Positions 1 to 13,900 of a stretch of 64,000 nt of DNA are shown here, one piece after another (positions within the stretch are counted from its first letter, which is position 1; each line of letters opens with the position of its first letter). Made by a program: the position numbers and the translations under genes. The notes below the pieces were generated by a model. That model did no database searches, was not told where the DNA came from, and saw only the letters and a list, made by a program, of their open reading frames with translations. Source of the stretch: Eledone cirrhosa (Eukaryota); contig OZ024741.1 in the NCBI GenBank assembly GCA_964016885.1, positions 144,708,001 to 144,772,000 on the forward strand, given 5' to 3'.

Positions 1-290
1 ACTCTGTCAATACATCGATATGTCCAGCTCCTGTTTGTGTTGTTATTTCTCTGATATGATTCCAGTTCCTCAGAGAAATTTGTAACATTGACTCAGAGAA
101 ATAACAACACAACCAGGAGCTGGATATACCGATGTATTGACGGAGTAAAACACACTTCAACAACATGTGTACCTGTGTTTCCCACACCAATACGGACTGC
201 CTGAAGAGGTCACAGCCAATGATGGCCGTCACCGAAATATATATAGCAGTATATCTATAATTTATAATAAACGAAGCCAAATTTTACATA
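1..290 (+). mobile_element. Penelope-like pseudo-LTR copy with short inverted duplication at its 5' side
   Basis: 58-290 matches 3058-3245 as a direct repeat; 1-54 is an inverted copy of 93-146; contains an HHR at 196-250. Confidence 0.7.
196..250 (+). ncRNA. Type I hammerhead ribozyme
   Basis: Stem I ACTGC/GCAGT, core CTGAAGA (201-207), stem II GGTCACAGCCA/TGGCCGTCACC (2 mismatches), GAAA (234-237), palindromic stem III ATATATAT, predicted cleavage after ATA at 245. Confidence 0.8.
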
Positions 291-401
291 TACATATATA
301 TACCTATATATATATATATAAAAAAAATATATACATATACATATATATATATACATATATATATATACCTATATATATACCTATATATACCTATATATAT
401 A

Positions 402-1092
<691 letters not shown>

Positions 1093-1306
1093 TGAGTTCT
1101 AGCACGTGGCTTGAATTCCTTTTAGAATTCATTGTCCTGCGCATGTATTGTTTTTTGGCGGTAATTCTCCTTCCTCTTTTTTTGAGACAGTATGAGAATT
1201 TCTTTAGAACTGCTGGGCTAGCAACCTAACAGCTACCTCAAGCACTGATGGGATTATCGCTAAATATTGATGTTGATTTGACTATCAATATTAATGTTAT
1301 TGGGCA

Positions 1307-1433
1307 CCCACTGAAGAATTATAAGAGCCCACTTGAATAAGTATCTGTTGATCTTATACAAGCTTCTACATAAATTGGTATAATTTCCCCTAACTTGTAG
1401 GAATCTTATAATGAAACGAGACGTCCATCTGGG
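1307..1433 (+). ncRNA. Hammerhead-like motif with very long stem II (possibly degenerate)
   Basis: CCCA-CTGAAGA-ATTATAAGA...TCTTATAAT-GAAA-CGAGACGTCCATC-TGGG: 9-bp stem II base, stem I CCCA/TGGG; stem III register ambiguous. Confidence 0.55.
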
Positions 1434-1623
1434 AAGAGATATATTTGATATATCTCATATGAAATAATATAGCCAATTTTCCACACAATACAATTAGTTA
1501 GCACCCCGAACGTTTAATTAGGAATATACTCACTTATTTCCTAATGTTTGTTGAATGAGTTGGGATTTGGCCGGAGTATCGCTATTAGCTTTCTCCGATA
1601 ATGTATTTATATACATATATATT

Positions 1624-1670
<47 letters not shown>

Positions 1671-1672
<2 letters not shown>

Positions 1673-1978
1673 ACGAGCTTTAAAGACCGTTGGTATAACC
1701 ATCGCCATTCCTTCAATAAGGAGGCCAAAAGGAAAAGTACGGCTCTCTCCGACCTGATCTGGAAGCTTAAGCTGGACAGGACCCCGTACTCTCTGGCCTG
1801 GTCCATAATCAGGAAAGTACCACCTGATAAAGGGGGATCTGGCATATGCAAGCTATGTCTGAATGAGACCCTCGAGATACTAAGAGGTGGAAGCCGCATG
1901 ATAAACCTCAGAACCGACTTCTTCGGGACATGCAGACACCTAAGGGCTGGGATCTTCCTCAAGATATATGGGCAGTAA
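1671..1978 (+). pseudogene. Penelope-like element GIY-YIG endonuclease C-terminal fragment
   Basis: TSFKDRWYNHRHSF...STALSDLIWKLK...CKLCLNE...GTCRH motifs typical of PLE GIY-YIG; 5'-truncated into (TA)n. Confidence 0.85.
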
Positions 1979-3245
1979 CAACACCATAGGTTGGGAACTC
2001 CCCTCAAGCCATAAGGACCAACCCAGGCTGAGCAGACACCATGATAGCCTAGAGATTGATTCTGACACAGCCTTTATAATTTGGCAAACATCTTTATAAC
2101 ATACACACATTTTATTTTACTTGATTTTTCATTTTTGATTCTTCATTATTCATTTGTTATTTGTTTTCTGTTTTCTTCACTTTATCACATTATATTTATA
2201 TTTAAGTTGAGATTGGTTATAACACTCACACATTTTATTTGATTATCCTATTTCGTTTTATTCTTTTACCATCTTGTTCCTCCTACCACCTTATCCAACA
2301 TATTTGTGACCTTGAGATTGGTTATAGCACACACACATTTTATTTTATTTGAATCTTCATTTCTATTTTTCACTTTTCATTTTCATTTTTCATTACTTTT
2401 TCATTAATTTTCATTTATTCTCTATTTATTCTTTATTTTCTGTTTTCTTCATTTTATTGCCTTCTATTTCTTCATATACATGGCAGAACCCCCCCCCCCC
2501 CACCACCACCACCATGGGAGATGGTGGCAGGAGGGATGGAGAAACACACACACAGATACTTCTAAATGTCAGCAGCAGCAAGACATAGGCTGACCACAAC
2601 ACTACCAAAATAAGGGTAGAGGTCAGATGTACTTAACAATAGCAAACACAAACACTACAGGAGCCTCACCACAGAAAGAATTTCTATAGACTTTTGACGG
2701 AGGAATGCTCTCAAAATTGACCAATGGTAAGAGTGACTGTACAAATCTTTATAACATTGAGATGGGTAAAACACACACACACACATTTTATTTGATTATT
2801 TTATTTTATTTTGTTCCTTTACCACCTTATTCCTTCTACCACTTTATCATTATTTTTAGCTGATTCCAACAACAACACCACTACCAACATAAGAATAGAG
2901 GTCAGATGTACCTAAACAATAACAAGAACAACCACTACAGAGTGGCTTGCCTCAGAACGAATTTCTATAGACTTTTGACTTGGGAATGTTCTAACAACTG
3001 ACCAATGAGAGGAGAAGAGGCCCTTTGACGATGAAATTCGCTTGTTTAAATTCATATAATTCCAGTTCCTCAGTGAAATAACAACCCAACCAGGAACTGG
3101 GCATATCAGAGTATTGACAAAGTTAAACACCTCAACAACATGTGTACTCGTCTCTACCACACTAATTTAGACTGCCTGAAGAGGTCACAGCCAAAGATGG
3201 CTGTCACCGAAATATATATAGCAGTAATAAACGAAGCCAATTTTA
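1979..3245 (+). mobile_element. Penelope-like element 3' region / pseudo-LTR with internal duplications
   Basis: Follows the GIY-YIG stop codon; internal repeats (about 2596-2726 vs 2876-3007); ends in an HHR-containing segment shared with 58-290. Confidence 0.65.
3171..3225 (+). ncRNA. Type I hammerhead ribozyme
   Basis: ACTGC-CTGAAGA-GGTCACAGCCA-AAGA-TGGCTGTCACC-GAAA-TATATAT-A-GCAGT. Confidence 0.85.
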
Positions 3246-3273
3246 TTTTATTTTATATATATGTATATATATG

Positions 3274-3422
<149 letters not shown>

Positions 3423-3463
3423 GTATATCTGTGTATATATATATATGTATATATATATATATA

Positions 3464-5940
3464 GTTACAGTAAAGCCAGAGTCCTGGTGTTTCTCCAGTG
3501 CAAGGCGCATACAATAGTCCACTACGATGATAAAAAGGTAGGGAGCCAATGTATCTCCCTGGAGCACTCCAGCCAGTATCTCAAAGAACTCTGTCATCCC
3601 ATCAGGTGTAATGACTTGGGCTTTGGTGTTGGTGTAGAGCAGTAATATCAGGTCCACTATCCTCTTGGGGATTCCATAAGCCTGTAAGATCTTCATCAGG
3701 CAGTAACGGTCCACAGAATCAAAGGCCTTCCTAAAGTCAATGAAAACCATGACCGCAGGAAGGCACTTTGCTCTAGCTCCCTCTAATATCCTCCTCAGCA
3801 TCAGGATGTGACTGGTGGTTGATCTACCCTCTCTGAAGCCGTTCTGGTTGTCCCTGAGCTTCTTCTCCATCTCAGGCTGGATCCTGTTAAGAATCATCCT
3901 GTTGAGGGTCTTTGCCACAAGTGACGTCAGTGAGATCCCCCGGTAGTTGTTGGTGTTAGAGAGATCTCCCTTCTTTGGCACTGGGACGATGTTACTGATC
4001 CTCCACTGATTCGAGGCAACTCCTTTCTCCAGTGCCCTGTTACAGAACCCCAGGATGATATCATCAAAATCACACCTCTTCATCACCTCTGATGCCACTC
4101 CATCTTCTCCATGAGCCTTGCCCTCCTTGATCTTCTTCTTGGATCTCTGAAGCTCCTCTCTGGTGAAGGGCTCTGTCTCAACATCCAGTTCCTCAAACAG
4201 CCGCCTGATCTCCCCAGTGCTCTGGGCTGTGGAGGGTGGCTCTCCTAGTAGGGTCCTAAAATGGTCTAGCCATTTCCTCTTCCTATCCTCGGGCCCCGTT
4301 CCCTGGATCTGACTCGAACACCTTTTCTTCCTCCCTGTGATCTCGTTGATGATCATCCAGATCTGTCAACCGCTCTCTCCACACTTCTGATCTTCTCTAT
4401 CAGTGCCTCCTCTCTGACTTCAGTGTAAGCGGTACAGAGCTCTTCCCTCATCACCTCCACAGTCTCCATCCTCTCCTCCGTAGGATCAGCATAGAATTGG
4501 TCCCTGGCAGCTTTCAGGTGTTCTCTGGCTGCACACACTTTTGGGTTTGCAGAGCTGACGTGCTTCCCTTTGTTCTTTTTCCTCGGCACCAGGGTTTCAC
4601 TTGCTTTCGCCACTGCATTGGTGAAGTGCCCGTACCTCCTCGTCACACTCTCCTCAGTCCATCCAATCTCTCTCTCCTCTGACTCTCCACACAGAGCACT
4701 AAACCTGTTTCTCACTTCCACTGTGAATCTCTCCTGTAGCTTATCATCTTCCTTGAAAGCTCCCCAGTCATAGATTGTTCTCCGGGGCTGAGCCTTGCTC
4801 TTTCTTAAGCTCACGCGGACCTTACTCATAACAAGCCGGTGGTCACTACCCAGTGTACTGAAATAGCTGTATGGTTCCGTGTTCAGAACACTATTCCGCC
4901 ACTTTTTCCTCACCAGAATGAAATCAATCTGGGACTTGGACAGGTGCATATCTGAGATGTAGGTCCACATCTTCCCCAGATTCTTCCTAAACCTTAGGTT
5001 GGTCGCCATCAAGTTCGCCTCCAGCAGGGTGTCTCTCAGTAGTCTTCCATTTCGGTTGGTGTTGTTATGGAAGTACTAGCAAGGATCTTCACTGCCCTCC
5101 TTACTCAGATGTGCATTGAAGTCCCCCAAAACAAGCAGGATATTGTGTGCCTGAGTGGTGTTGACAGCTCTACACACCTCCTCATGGAACTCCTCGGCAT
5201 TCACATCACTGTCCCCCTCGGTTGGACTATAGGCTGAGATGACTGTCAGTCTTGGGTTTCCATTGAAGGTCACCCTCAACTCTCGCGGGGAGATAGGCAT
5301 TATTTCCCTCATCAACAGATTGGTTTTTGCACTGAACACAAAACCCACTCCTCCTACTGCAGCATTTGTTGTGTTCTTCACTGCCGATGTAGTGATGAGC
5401 TGGCTCTTCCTCCCGATCATCACACTCCTCACGGGCTCATCGTGTAGAATCCTGTGTTCTTGGATCGCAAGTATCTGTATACCACTCTCCTCGAACAGAT
5501 GTCCCAACTCCTCTCTCATCTCCAGCGTTCGAATAGTCCTCACATTCAAAGTGCCCATTTTGATGGCTCTTCTGCAGGACAAAACTGCATTCTTTATATT
5601 TGTCTCAGAGACAGCTGATCCATCATCCACTGGCCCTCTCTGTGGCTCTAAGCCAGCAGAGTCATAACGACCAGGCTGCTCCTTGACAGTGTAATTAGGG
5701 GCTCTAACCCTAGTGCTGTTAGATCGACTCTCCATATTTCTTTTCAATGGCTGACAATACCTTACCGGCGCCACTCGAATAAGGTAGTTATTTAACCCAT
5801 AAATGGAGCCCTAACAGGTACTACCACGCCGGGCCAGGGCAGACCTGGGAGTCATGACAACTAAGGGGTAACTCCACATTCCCCACATCTCCTGAACTCC
5901 CGAACTGGAGCCTTGCCACTGGATGTAGTTTAATGTCATA
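3464..5940 (-). mobile_element. RTE-clade LINE, inverted 5' portion (5'UTR, APE endonuclease, N-terminal RT); ORF broken by a stop at about 5076 and a frameshift at about 4356
   Basis: ORFs 5076-5774 (GTLNVRT, AIQEHR, SAYSPT, LGDFNAH), 4353-5012 (QIDFIL, SDHRLV), 3464-4356 ([41 protein letters not shown]). Confidence 0.93.
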
Positions 5941-6752
5941 CCCGGCTCAGAGCAGGAGAGTTGGGGCGAAAAAGGTATCGGATGCTGAATTTGCCGACGA
6001 CATAGTTTTGGTGACAAATACAGTGAAGGAGGCAGAGGATTTGATGCGGGAGGTTGAGACTGTGTCGATGAGTGTGGGGCTGAGAATGAATGAGACTAAA
6101 ACAAAATATCTGGTAGAGAATGTTGAGAAGCCAGAGGGGATCACTAATGTAGGCGGGAAGCCGCTGGAATTGGTTGAGGACTTCCTGTATTTGGGAGCAA
6201 AGATTGGGAATACGGAAGATGATGTGGTTGAGAGGAAGAGCAAGGCCTGGGCAGCGTGTCACAGCTTGAGATCGGTGTGGAAGTCGGACCTTCGTAGAGA
6301 CCTGAAAATCCGCCTCTTCATTGCTGTAGTGGAGTCTGTGCTGCTGTATGGGTCTGAGACTTGGACACTGACCAAGAGACTCACTCAGATGGTGGATGGG
6401 TGCTACACGAGAATGCTGAGGATGGCTCTGAACATTAATCAGTATACACTGAGGATGAAAAACTCAGAGCTGTATGGGAGCATCCCAAAAGTCAGTTCAA
6501 AAGTGACACAGAGGAGACTGAGGTTGGCTGGACATGCTCACCGACATCCAGAGTTGACATTGCACTCAGTGCTCCTTTGGGAGCCCCTACATGGACACAC
6601 TAGAAGAGGAAGACCAAGGTTAACATATGTTGATGCCCTAAGGACAGACACTGGTCTGTTGGAGATGCAGGATATGGCAGCGATAATGAGGGACAGAGAC
6701 CGCTGGAGAGAACTCGTCCATGGATCTCGGGAATTTTACCCGCCTTAGATAG
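5941..6752 (+). mobile_element. RTE-clade LINE, non-inverted 3' portion (RT FADD motif to C-terminus)
   Basis: ORF 5933-6748: EFADDIVL, FLYLG, LLYGSETW, RLRLAGH, RGRPR; continues the protein where the minus-strand part ends (GFTV then PAQSRR). Confidence 0.93.
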
Positions 6753-6822
6753 ATATATATATATATATATGTATATATGTATATTTTACCCGCCTTAGAT
6801 ATATATATATATATATATATAT

Positions 6823-6935
6823 ATAGGAACCAGTAAGACCCCGACAGCTGAGCTCAAGCCGTTTCGACGGCTAATTCTGAAACGGCTAAGTCGAAACGGC
6901 TTGAGCTCAGCTGTCGGGGTCTTACTGGTTCCTAT
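6823..6935. repeat. Perfect 46-bp inverted repeat with 21-bp spacer; 5'-truncated Penelope-like pLTR with half a hammerhead
   Basis: Arms 6823-6868 and 6890-6935; the right arm holds GAAA-CGGC-TTGAGCTCA-GCTG-TC-GGGGT. Confidence 0.8.
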
Positions 6936-7057
6936 TACCCACTCTACTACCTCAAGTATTGAGTACTTTGGTGCGTTATGGTCCACCTGGTTCCTTACCA
7001 CATTTCCTTCGTTATATATATATATATATATATTTATTTTTTATTTTATTTTTTTAA

Positions 7058-7381
7058 CATTTTTACATCCGCTTTTCCCTGCATGCAAGGGTGGTGCGGG
7101 AACTGATTCTGGCTTGATTTCTACAGCTGGATGCCCTTCTTAACACCAACCTCATTTACAGTGAGTGCTGGGTGCTTTTTTGCCGTGGCACCTCCACGAC
7201 CACTTTGCAGTGGAATGATATGGACCCCAGTCCCTATCATCTCATTTCTACAACTGAGTGAACTGGAGCAATGTGAAATAAAGTGTCTTGCTCAAGGAAA
7301 CAACACATCACCTGCTCTGAGAATTGAACTCACAACCTTTCGATTGCAAGGCCAATGCTCTAACCACTAAGCCATGTGCCT
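7058..7381 (-). mobile_element. tRNA-derived SINE family A, full length
   Basis: A and B boxes; near-identical to the reverse complement of 26611-26940. Confidence 0.9.
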
Positions 7382-7675
<294 letters not shown>

Positions 7676-7870
7676 CTATAATTTATTCTCCTTACGTAGA
7701 GAACAAAACGTTGAATAATGCCGCTAATTTTAGTGGCAATTCGACATGTTTATAATATCCAGCTTTTATCAGCGACCTGATTTGCGTGTGTGTCACTTTA
7801 ACGGCTTGACCGCATGCGTTGGGCAGGGAGCATAATATTTACTTGCTATACCTTATAGCGTGGAAATAGG

Positions 7871-7951
7871 GCTGTCTGAAGATTCATTTCTTTCCATTGG
7901 AAATTCGTTGGATTTCCAATCTTTCGGAATGATGAAACCGTCGGTAACAGC
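7871..7951 (+). ncRNA. Type I hammerhead ribozyme (first of 41 copies, repeating every 457 bp)
   Basis: Stem I GCTGT/ACAGC; CTGAAGA 7876-7882; stem II TCATTTC/GGAATGA plus distal ATTGGAAATTC/GGATTTCCAAT; GAAA 7934-7937; stem III ACCG-T-CGGT; GTA cleavage after 7946. Confidence 0.88.
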
Positions 7952-10900
7952 ATCTGAACAGGTGATTATTTAATCATTTTTTAATTTATTTAGAAAATTG
8001 TTTAATAACCGTTTGTTTCGCTACTTTTATATTGTTCTGGTATCTCGAATTAGTGCCATTGAACCACATGTATTATAAACAACTTGAATATTTCTACAAG
8101 TACATTGTACCTGTTGAGGTATCCATCCACTTCTATAATTTATTCTCCTTACGTAGAGAACAAAACGTTGAATAATGCCGCTAATTTTAGTGGCAATTCG
8201 ACATGTTTATAATATCCAGCTTTTATCAGCGACCTGATTTGCGTGTGTGTCACTTTAACGGCTTGACCGCATGCGTTGGGCAGGGAGCATAATATTTACT
8301 TGCTATACCTTATAGCGTGGAAATAGGGCTGTCTGAAGATTCATTTCTTTCCATTGGAAATTCGTTGGATTTCCAATCTTTCGGAATGATGAAACCGTCG
8401 GTAACAGCATCTGAACAGGTGATTATTTAATCATTTTTTAATTTATTTAGAAAATTGTTTAATAACCGTTTGTTTCGCTACTTTTATATTGTTCTGGTAT
8501 CTCGAATTAGTGCCATTGAACCACATGTATTATAAACAACTTGAATATTTCTACAAGTACATTGTACCTGTTGAGGTATCCATCCACTTCTATAATTTAT
8601 TCTCCTTACGTAGAGAACAAAACGTTGAATAATGCCGCTAATTTTAGTGGCAATTCGACATGTTTATAATATCCAGCTTTTATCAGCGACCTGATTTGCG
8701 TGTGTGTCACTTTAACGGCTTGACCGCATGCGTTGGGCAGGGAGCATAATATTTACTTGCTATACCTTATAGCGTGGAAATAGGGCTGTCTGAAGATTCA
8801 TTTCTTTCCATTGGAAATTCGTTGGATTTCCAATCTTTCGGAATGATGAAACCGTCGGTAACAGCATCTGAACAGGTGATTATTTAATCATTTTTTAATT
8901 TATTTAGAAAATTGTTTAATAACCGTTTGTTTCGCTACTTTTATATTGTTCTGGTATCTCGAATTAGTGCCATTGAACCACATGTATTATAAACAACTTG
9001 AATATTTCTACAAGTACATTGTACCTGTTGAGGTATCCATCCACTTCTATAATTTATTCTCCTTACGTAGAGAACAAAACGTTGAATAATGCCGCTAATT
9101 TTAGTGGCAATTCGACATGTTTATAATATCCAGCTTTTATCAGCGACCTGATTTGCGTGTGTGTCACTTTAACGGCTTGACCGCATGCGTTGGGCAGGGA
9201 GCATAATATTTACTTGCTATACCTTATAGCGTGGAAATAGGGCTGTCTGAAGATTCATTTCTTTCCATTGGAAATTCGTTGGATTTCCAATCTTTCGGAA
9301 TGATGAAACCGTCGGTAACAGCATCTGAACAGGTGATTATTTAATCATTTTTTAATTTATTTAGAAAATTGTTTAATAACCGTTTGTTTCGCTACTTTTA
9401 TATTGTTCTGGTATCTCGAATTAGTGCCATTGAACCACATGTATTATAAACAACTTGAATATTTCTACAAGTACATTGTACCTGTTGAGGTATCCATCCA
9501 CTTCTATAATTTATTCTCCTTACGTAGAGAACAAAACGTTGAATAATGCCGCTAATTTTAGTGGCAATTCGACATGTTTATAATATCCAGCTTTTATCAG
9601 CGACCTGATTTGCGTGTGTGTCACTTTAACGGCTTGACCGCATGCGTTGGGCAGGGAGCATAATATTTACTTGCTATACCTTATAGCGTGGAAATAGGGC
9701 TGTCTGAAGATTCATTTCTTTCCATTGGAAATTCGTTGGATTTCCAATCTTTCGGAATGATGAAACCGTCGGTAACAGCATCTGAACAGGTGATTATTTA
9801 ATCATTTTTTAATTTATTTAGAAAATTGTTTAATAACCGTTTGTTTCGCTACTTTTATATTGTTCTGGTATCTCGAATTAGTGCCATTGAACCACATGTA
9901 TTATAAACAACTTGAATATTTCTACAAGTACATTGTACCTGTTGAGGTATCCATCCACTTCTATAATTTATTCTCCTTACGTAGAGAACAAAACGTTGAA
10001 TAATGCCGCTAATTTTAGTGGCAATTCGACATGTTTATAATATCCAGCTTTTATCAGCGACCTGATTTGCGTGTGTGTCACTTTAACGGCTTGACCGCAT
10101 GCGTTGGGCAGGGAGCATAATATTTACTTGCTATACCTTATAGCGTGGAAATAGGGCTGTCTGAAGATTCATTTCTTTCCATTGGAAATTCGTTGGATTT
10201 CCAATCTTTCGGAATGATGAAACCGTCGGTAACAGCATCTGAACAGGTGATTATTTAATCATTTTTTAATTTATTTAGAAAATTGTTTAATAACCGTTTG
10301 TTTCGCTACTTTTATATTGTTCTGGTATCTCGAATTAGTGCCATTGAACCACATGTATTATAAACAACTTGAATATTTCTACAAGTACATTGTACCTGTT
10401 GAGGTATCCATCCACTTCTATAATTTATTCTCCTTACGTAGAGAACAAAACGTTGAATAATGCCGCTAATTTTAGTGGCAATTCGACATGTTTATAATAT
10501 CCAGCTTTTATCAGCGACCTGATTTGCGTGTGTGTCACTTTAACGGCTTGACCGCATGCGTTGGGCAGGGAGCATAATATTTACTTGCTATACCTTATAG
10601 CGTGGAAATAGGGCTGTCTGAAGATTCATTTCTTTCCATTGGAAATTCGTTGGATTTCCAATCTTTCGGAATGATGAAACCGTCGGTAACAGCATCTGAA
10701 CAGGTGATTATTTAATCATTTTTTAATTTATTTAGAAAATTGTTTAATAACCGTTTGTTTCGCTACTTTTATATTGTTCTGGTATCTCGAATTAGTGCCA
10801 TTGAACCACATGTATTATAAACAACTTGAATATTTCTACAAGTACATTGTACCTGTTGAGGTATCCATCCACTTCTATAATTTATTCTCCTTACGTAGAG

Positions 10901-13900
10901 AACAAAACGTTGAATAATGCCGCTAATTTTAGTGGCAATTCGACATGTTTATAATATCCAGCTTTTATCAGCGACCTGATTTGCGTGTGTGTCACTTTAA
11001 CGGCTTGACCGCATGCGTTGGGCAGGGAGCATAATATTTACTTGCTATACCTTATAGCGTGGAAATAGGGCTGTCTGAAGATTCATTTCTTTCCATTGGA
11101 AATTCGTTGGATTTCCAATCTTTCGGAATGATGAAACCGTCGGTAACAGCATCTGAACAGGTGATTATTTAATCATTTTTTAATTTATTTAGAAAATTGT
11201 TTAATAACCGTTTGTTTCGCTACTTTTATATTGTTCTGGTATCTCGAATTAGTGCCATTGAACCACATGTATTATAAACAACTTGAATATTTCTACAAGT
11301 ACATTGTACCTGTTGAGGTATCCATCCACTTCTATAATTTATTCTCCTTACGTAGAGAACAAAACGTTGAATAATGCCGCTAATTTTAGTGGCAATTCGA
11401 CATGTTTATAATATCCAGCTTTTATCAGCGACCTGATTTGCGTGTGTGTCACTTTAACGGCTTGACCGCATGCGTTGGGCAGGGAGCATAATATTTACTT
11501 GCTATACCTTATAGCGTGGAAATAGGGCTGTCTGAAGATTCATTTCTTTCCATTGGAAATTCGTTGGATTTCCAATCTTTCGGAATGATGAAACCGTCGG
11601 TAACAGCATCTGAACAGGTGATTATTTAATCATTTTTTAATTTATTTAGAAAATTGTTTAATAACCGTTTGTTTCGCTACTTTTATATTGTTCTGGTATC
11701 TCGAATTAGTGCCATTGAACCACATGTATTATAAACAACTTGAATATTTCTACAAGTACATTGTACCTGTTGAGGTATCCACCCACTTCTATAATTTATT
11801 CTCCTTACGTAGAGAACAAAACGTTGAATAATGCCGCTAATTTTAGTGGCAATTCGACATGTTTATAATATCCAGCTTTTATCAGCGACCTGATTTGCGT
11901 GTGTGTCACTTTAACGGCTTGACCGCATGCGTTGGGCAGGGAGCATAATATTTACTTGCTATACCTTATAGCGTGGAAATAGGGCTGTCTGAAGATTCAT
12001 TTCTTTCCATTGGAAATTCGTTGGATTTCCAATCTTTCGGAATGATGAAACCGTCGGTAACAGCATCTGAACAGGTGATTATTTAATCATTTTTTAATTT
12101 ATTTAGAAAATTGTTTAATAACCGTTTGTTTCGCTACTTTTATATTGTTCTGGTATCTCGAATTAGTGCCATTGAACCACATGTATTATAAACAACTTGA
12201 ATATTTCTACAAGTACATTGTACCTGTTGAGGTATCCATCCACTTCTATAATTTATTCTCCTTACGTAGAGAACAAAACGTTGAATAATGCCGCTAATTT
12301 TAGTGGCAATTCGACATGTTTATAATATCCAGCTTTTATCAGCGACCTGATTTGCGTGTGTGTCACTTTAACGGCTTGACCGCATGCGTTGGGCAGGGAG
12401 CATAATATTTACTTGCTATACCTTATAGCGTGGAAATAGGGCTGTCTGAAGATTCATTTCTTTCCATTGGAAATTCGTTGGATTTCCAATCTTTCGGAAT
12501 GATGAAACCGTCGGTAACAGCATCTGAACAGGTGATTATTTAATCATTTTTTAATTTATTTAGAAAATTGTTTAATAACCGTTTGTTTCGCTACTTTTAT
12601 ATTGTTCTGGTATCTCGAATTAGTGCCATTGAACCACATGTATTATAAACAACTTGAATATTTCTACAAGTACATTGTACCTGTTGAGGTATCCATCCAC
12701 TTCTATAATTTATTCTCCTTACGTAGAGAACAAAACGTTGAATAATGCCGCTAATTTTAGTGGCAATTCGACATGTTTATAATATCCAGCTTTTATCAGC
12801 GACCTGATTTGCGTGTGTGTCACTTTAACGGCTTGACCGCATGCGTTGGGCAGGGAGCATAATATTTACTTGCTATACCTTATAGCGTGGAAATAGGGCT
12901 GTCTGAAGATTCATTTCTTTCCATTGGAAATTCGTTGGATTTCCAATCTTTCGGAATGATGAAACCGTCGGTAACAGCATCTGAACAGGTGATTATTTAA
13001 TCATTTTTTAATTTATTTAGAAAATTGTTTAATAACCGTTTGTTTCGCTACTTTTATATTGTTCTGGTATCTCGAATTAGTGCCATTGAACCACATGTAT
13101 TATAAACAACTTGAATATTTCTACAAGTACATTGTACCTGTTGAGGTATCCACCCACTTCTATAATTTATTCTCCTTACGTAGAGAACAAAACGTTGAAT
13201 AATGCCGCTAATTTTAGTGGCAATTCGACATGTTTATAATATCCAGCTTTTATCAGCGACCTGATTTGCGTGTGTGTCACTTTAACGGCTTGACCGCATG
13301 CGTTGGGCAGGGAGCATAATATTTACTTGCTATACCTTATAGCGTGGAAATAGGGCTGTCTGAAGATTCATTTCTTTCCATTGGAAATTCGTTGGATTTC
13401 CAATCTTTCGGAATGATGAAACCGTCGGTAACAGCATCTGAACAGGTGATTATTTAATCATTTTTTAATTTATTTAGAAAATTGTTTAATAACCGTTTGT
13501 TTCGCTACTTTTATATTGTTCTGGTATCTCGAATTAGTGCCATTGAACCACATGTATTATAAACAACTTGAATATTTCTACAAGTACATTGTACCTGTTG
13601 AGGTATCCATCCACTTCTATAATTTATTCTCCTTACGTAGAGAACAAAACGTTGAATAATGCCGCTAATTTTAGTGGCAATTCGACATGTTTATAATATC
13701 CAGCTTTTATCAGCGACCTGATTTGCGTGTGTGTCACTTTAACGGCTTGACCGCATGCGTTGGGCAGGGAGCATAATATTTACTTGCTATACCTTATAGC
13801 GTGGAAATAGGGCTGTCTGAAGATTCATTTCTTTCCATTGGAAATTCGTTGGATTTCCAATCTTTCGGAATGATGAAACCGTCGGTAACAGCATCTGAAC

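Noticed and set aside
5780-5940. Possible HDV-like ribozyme in the RTE 5'UTR
   Set aside because: Known in some RTEs, but I could not fit the nested double pseudoknot by eye and the 5' end is cut at the inversion junction
7929-7957. C/D box snoRNA-like ATGATGA...CTGA in each unit
   Set aside because: Boxes are only about 18 nt apart with no terminal stem; the same bases are explained by the hammerhead fold
7929-7967. Possible first coding exon MMKPSVTASEQ followed by a GTGATT donor
   Set aside because: Overlaps the ribozyme core; no downstream exon evidence
8068-8175. 35-aa ORF (MYYKQLEYF...EQNVE) spanning unit junctions
   Set aside because: No recognisable motif, and the common C-to-T variant creates a premature stop (CAA to TAA)
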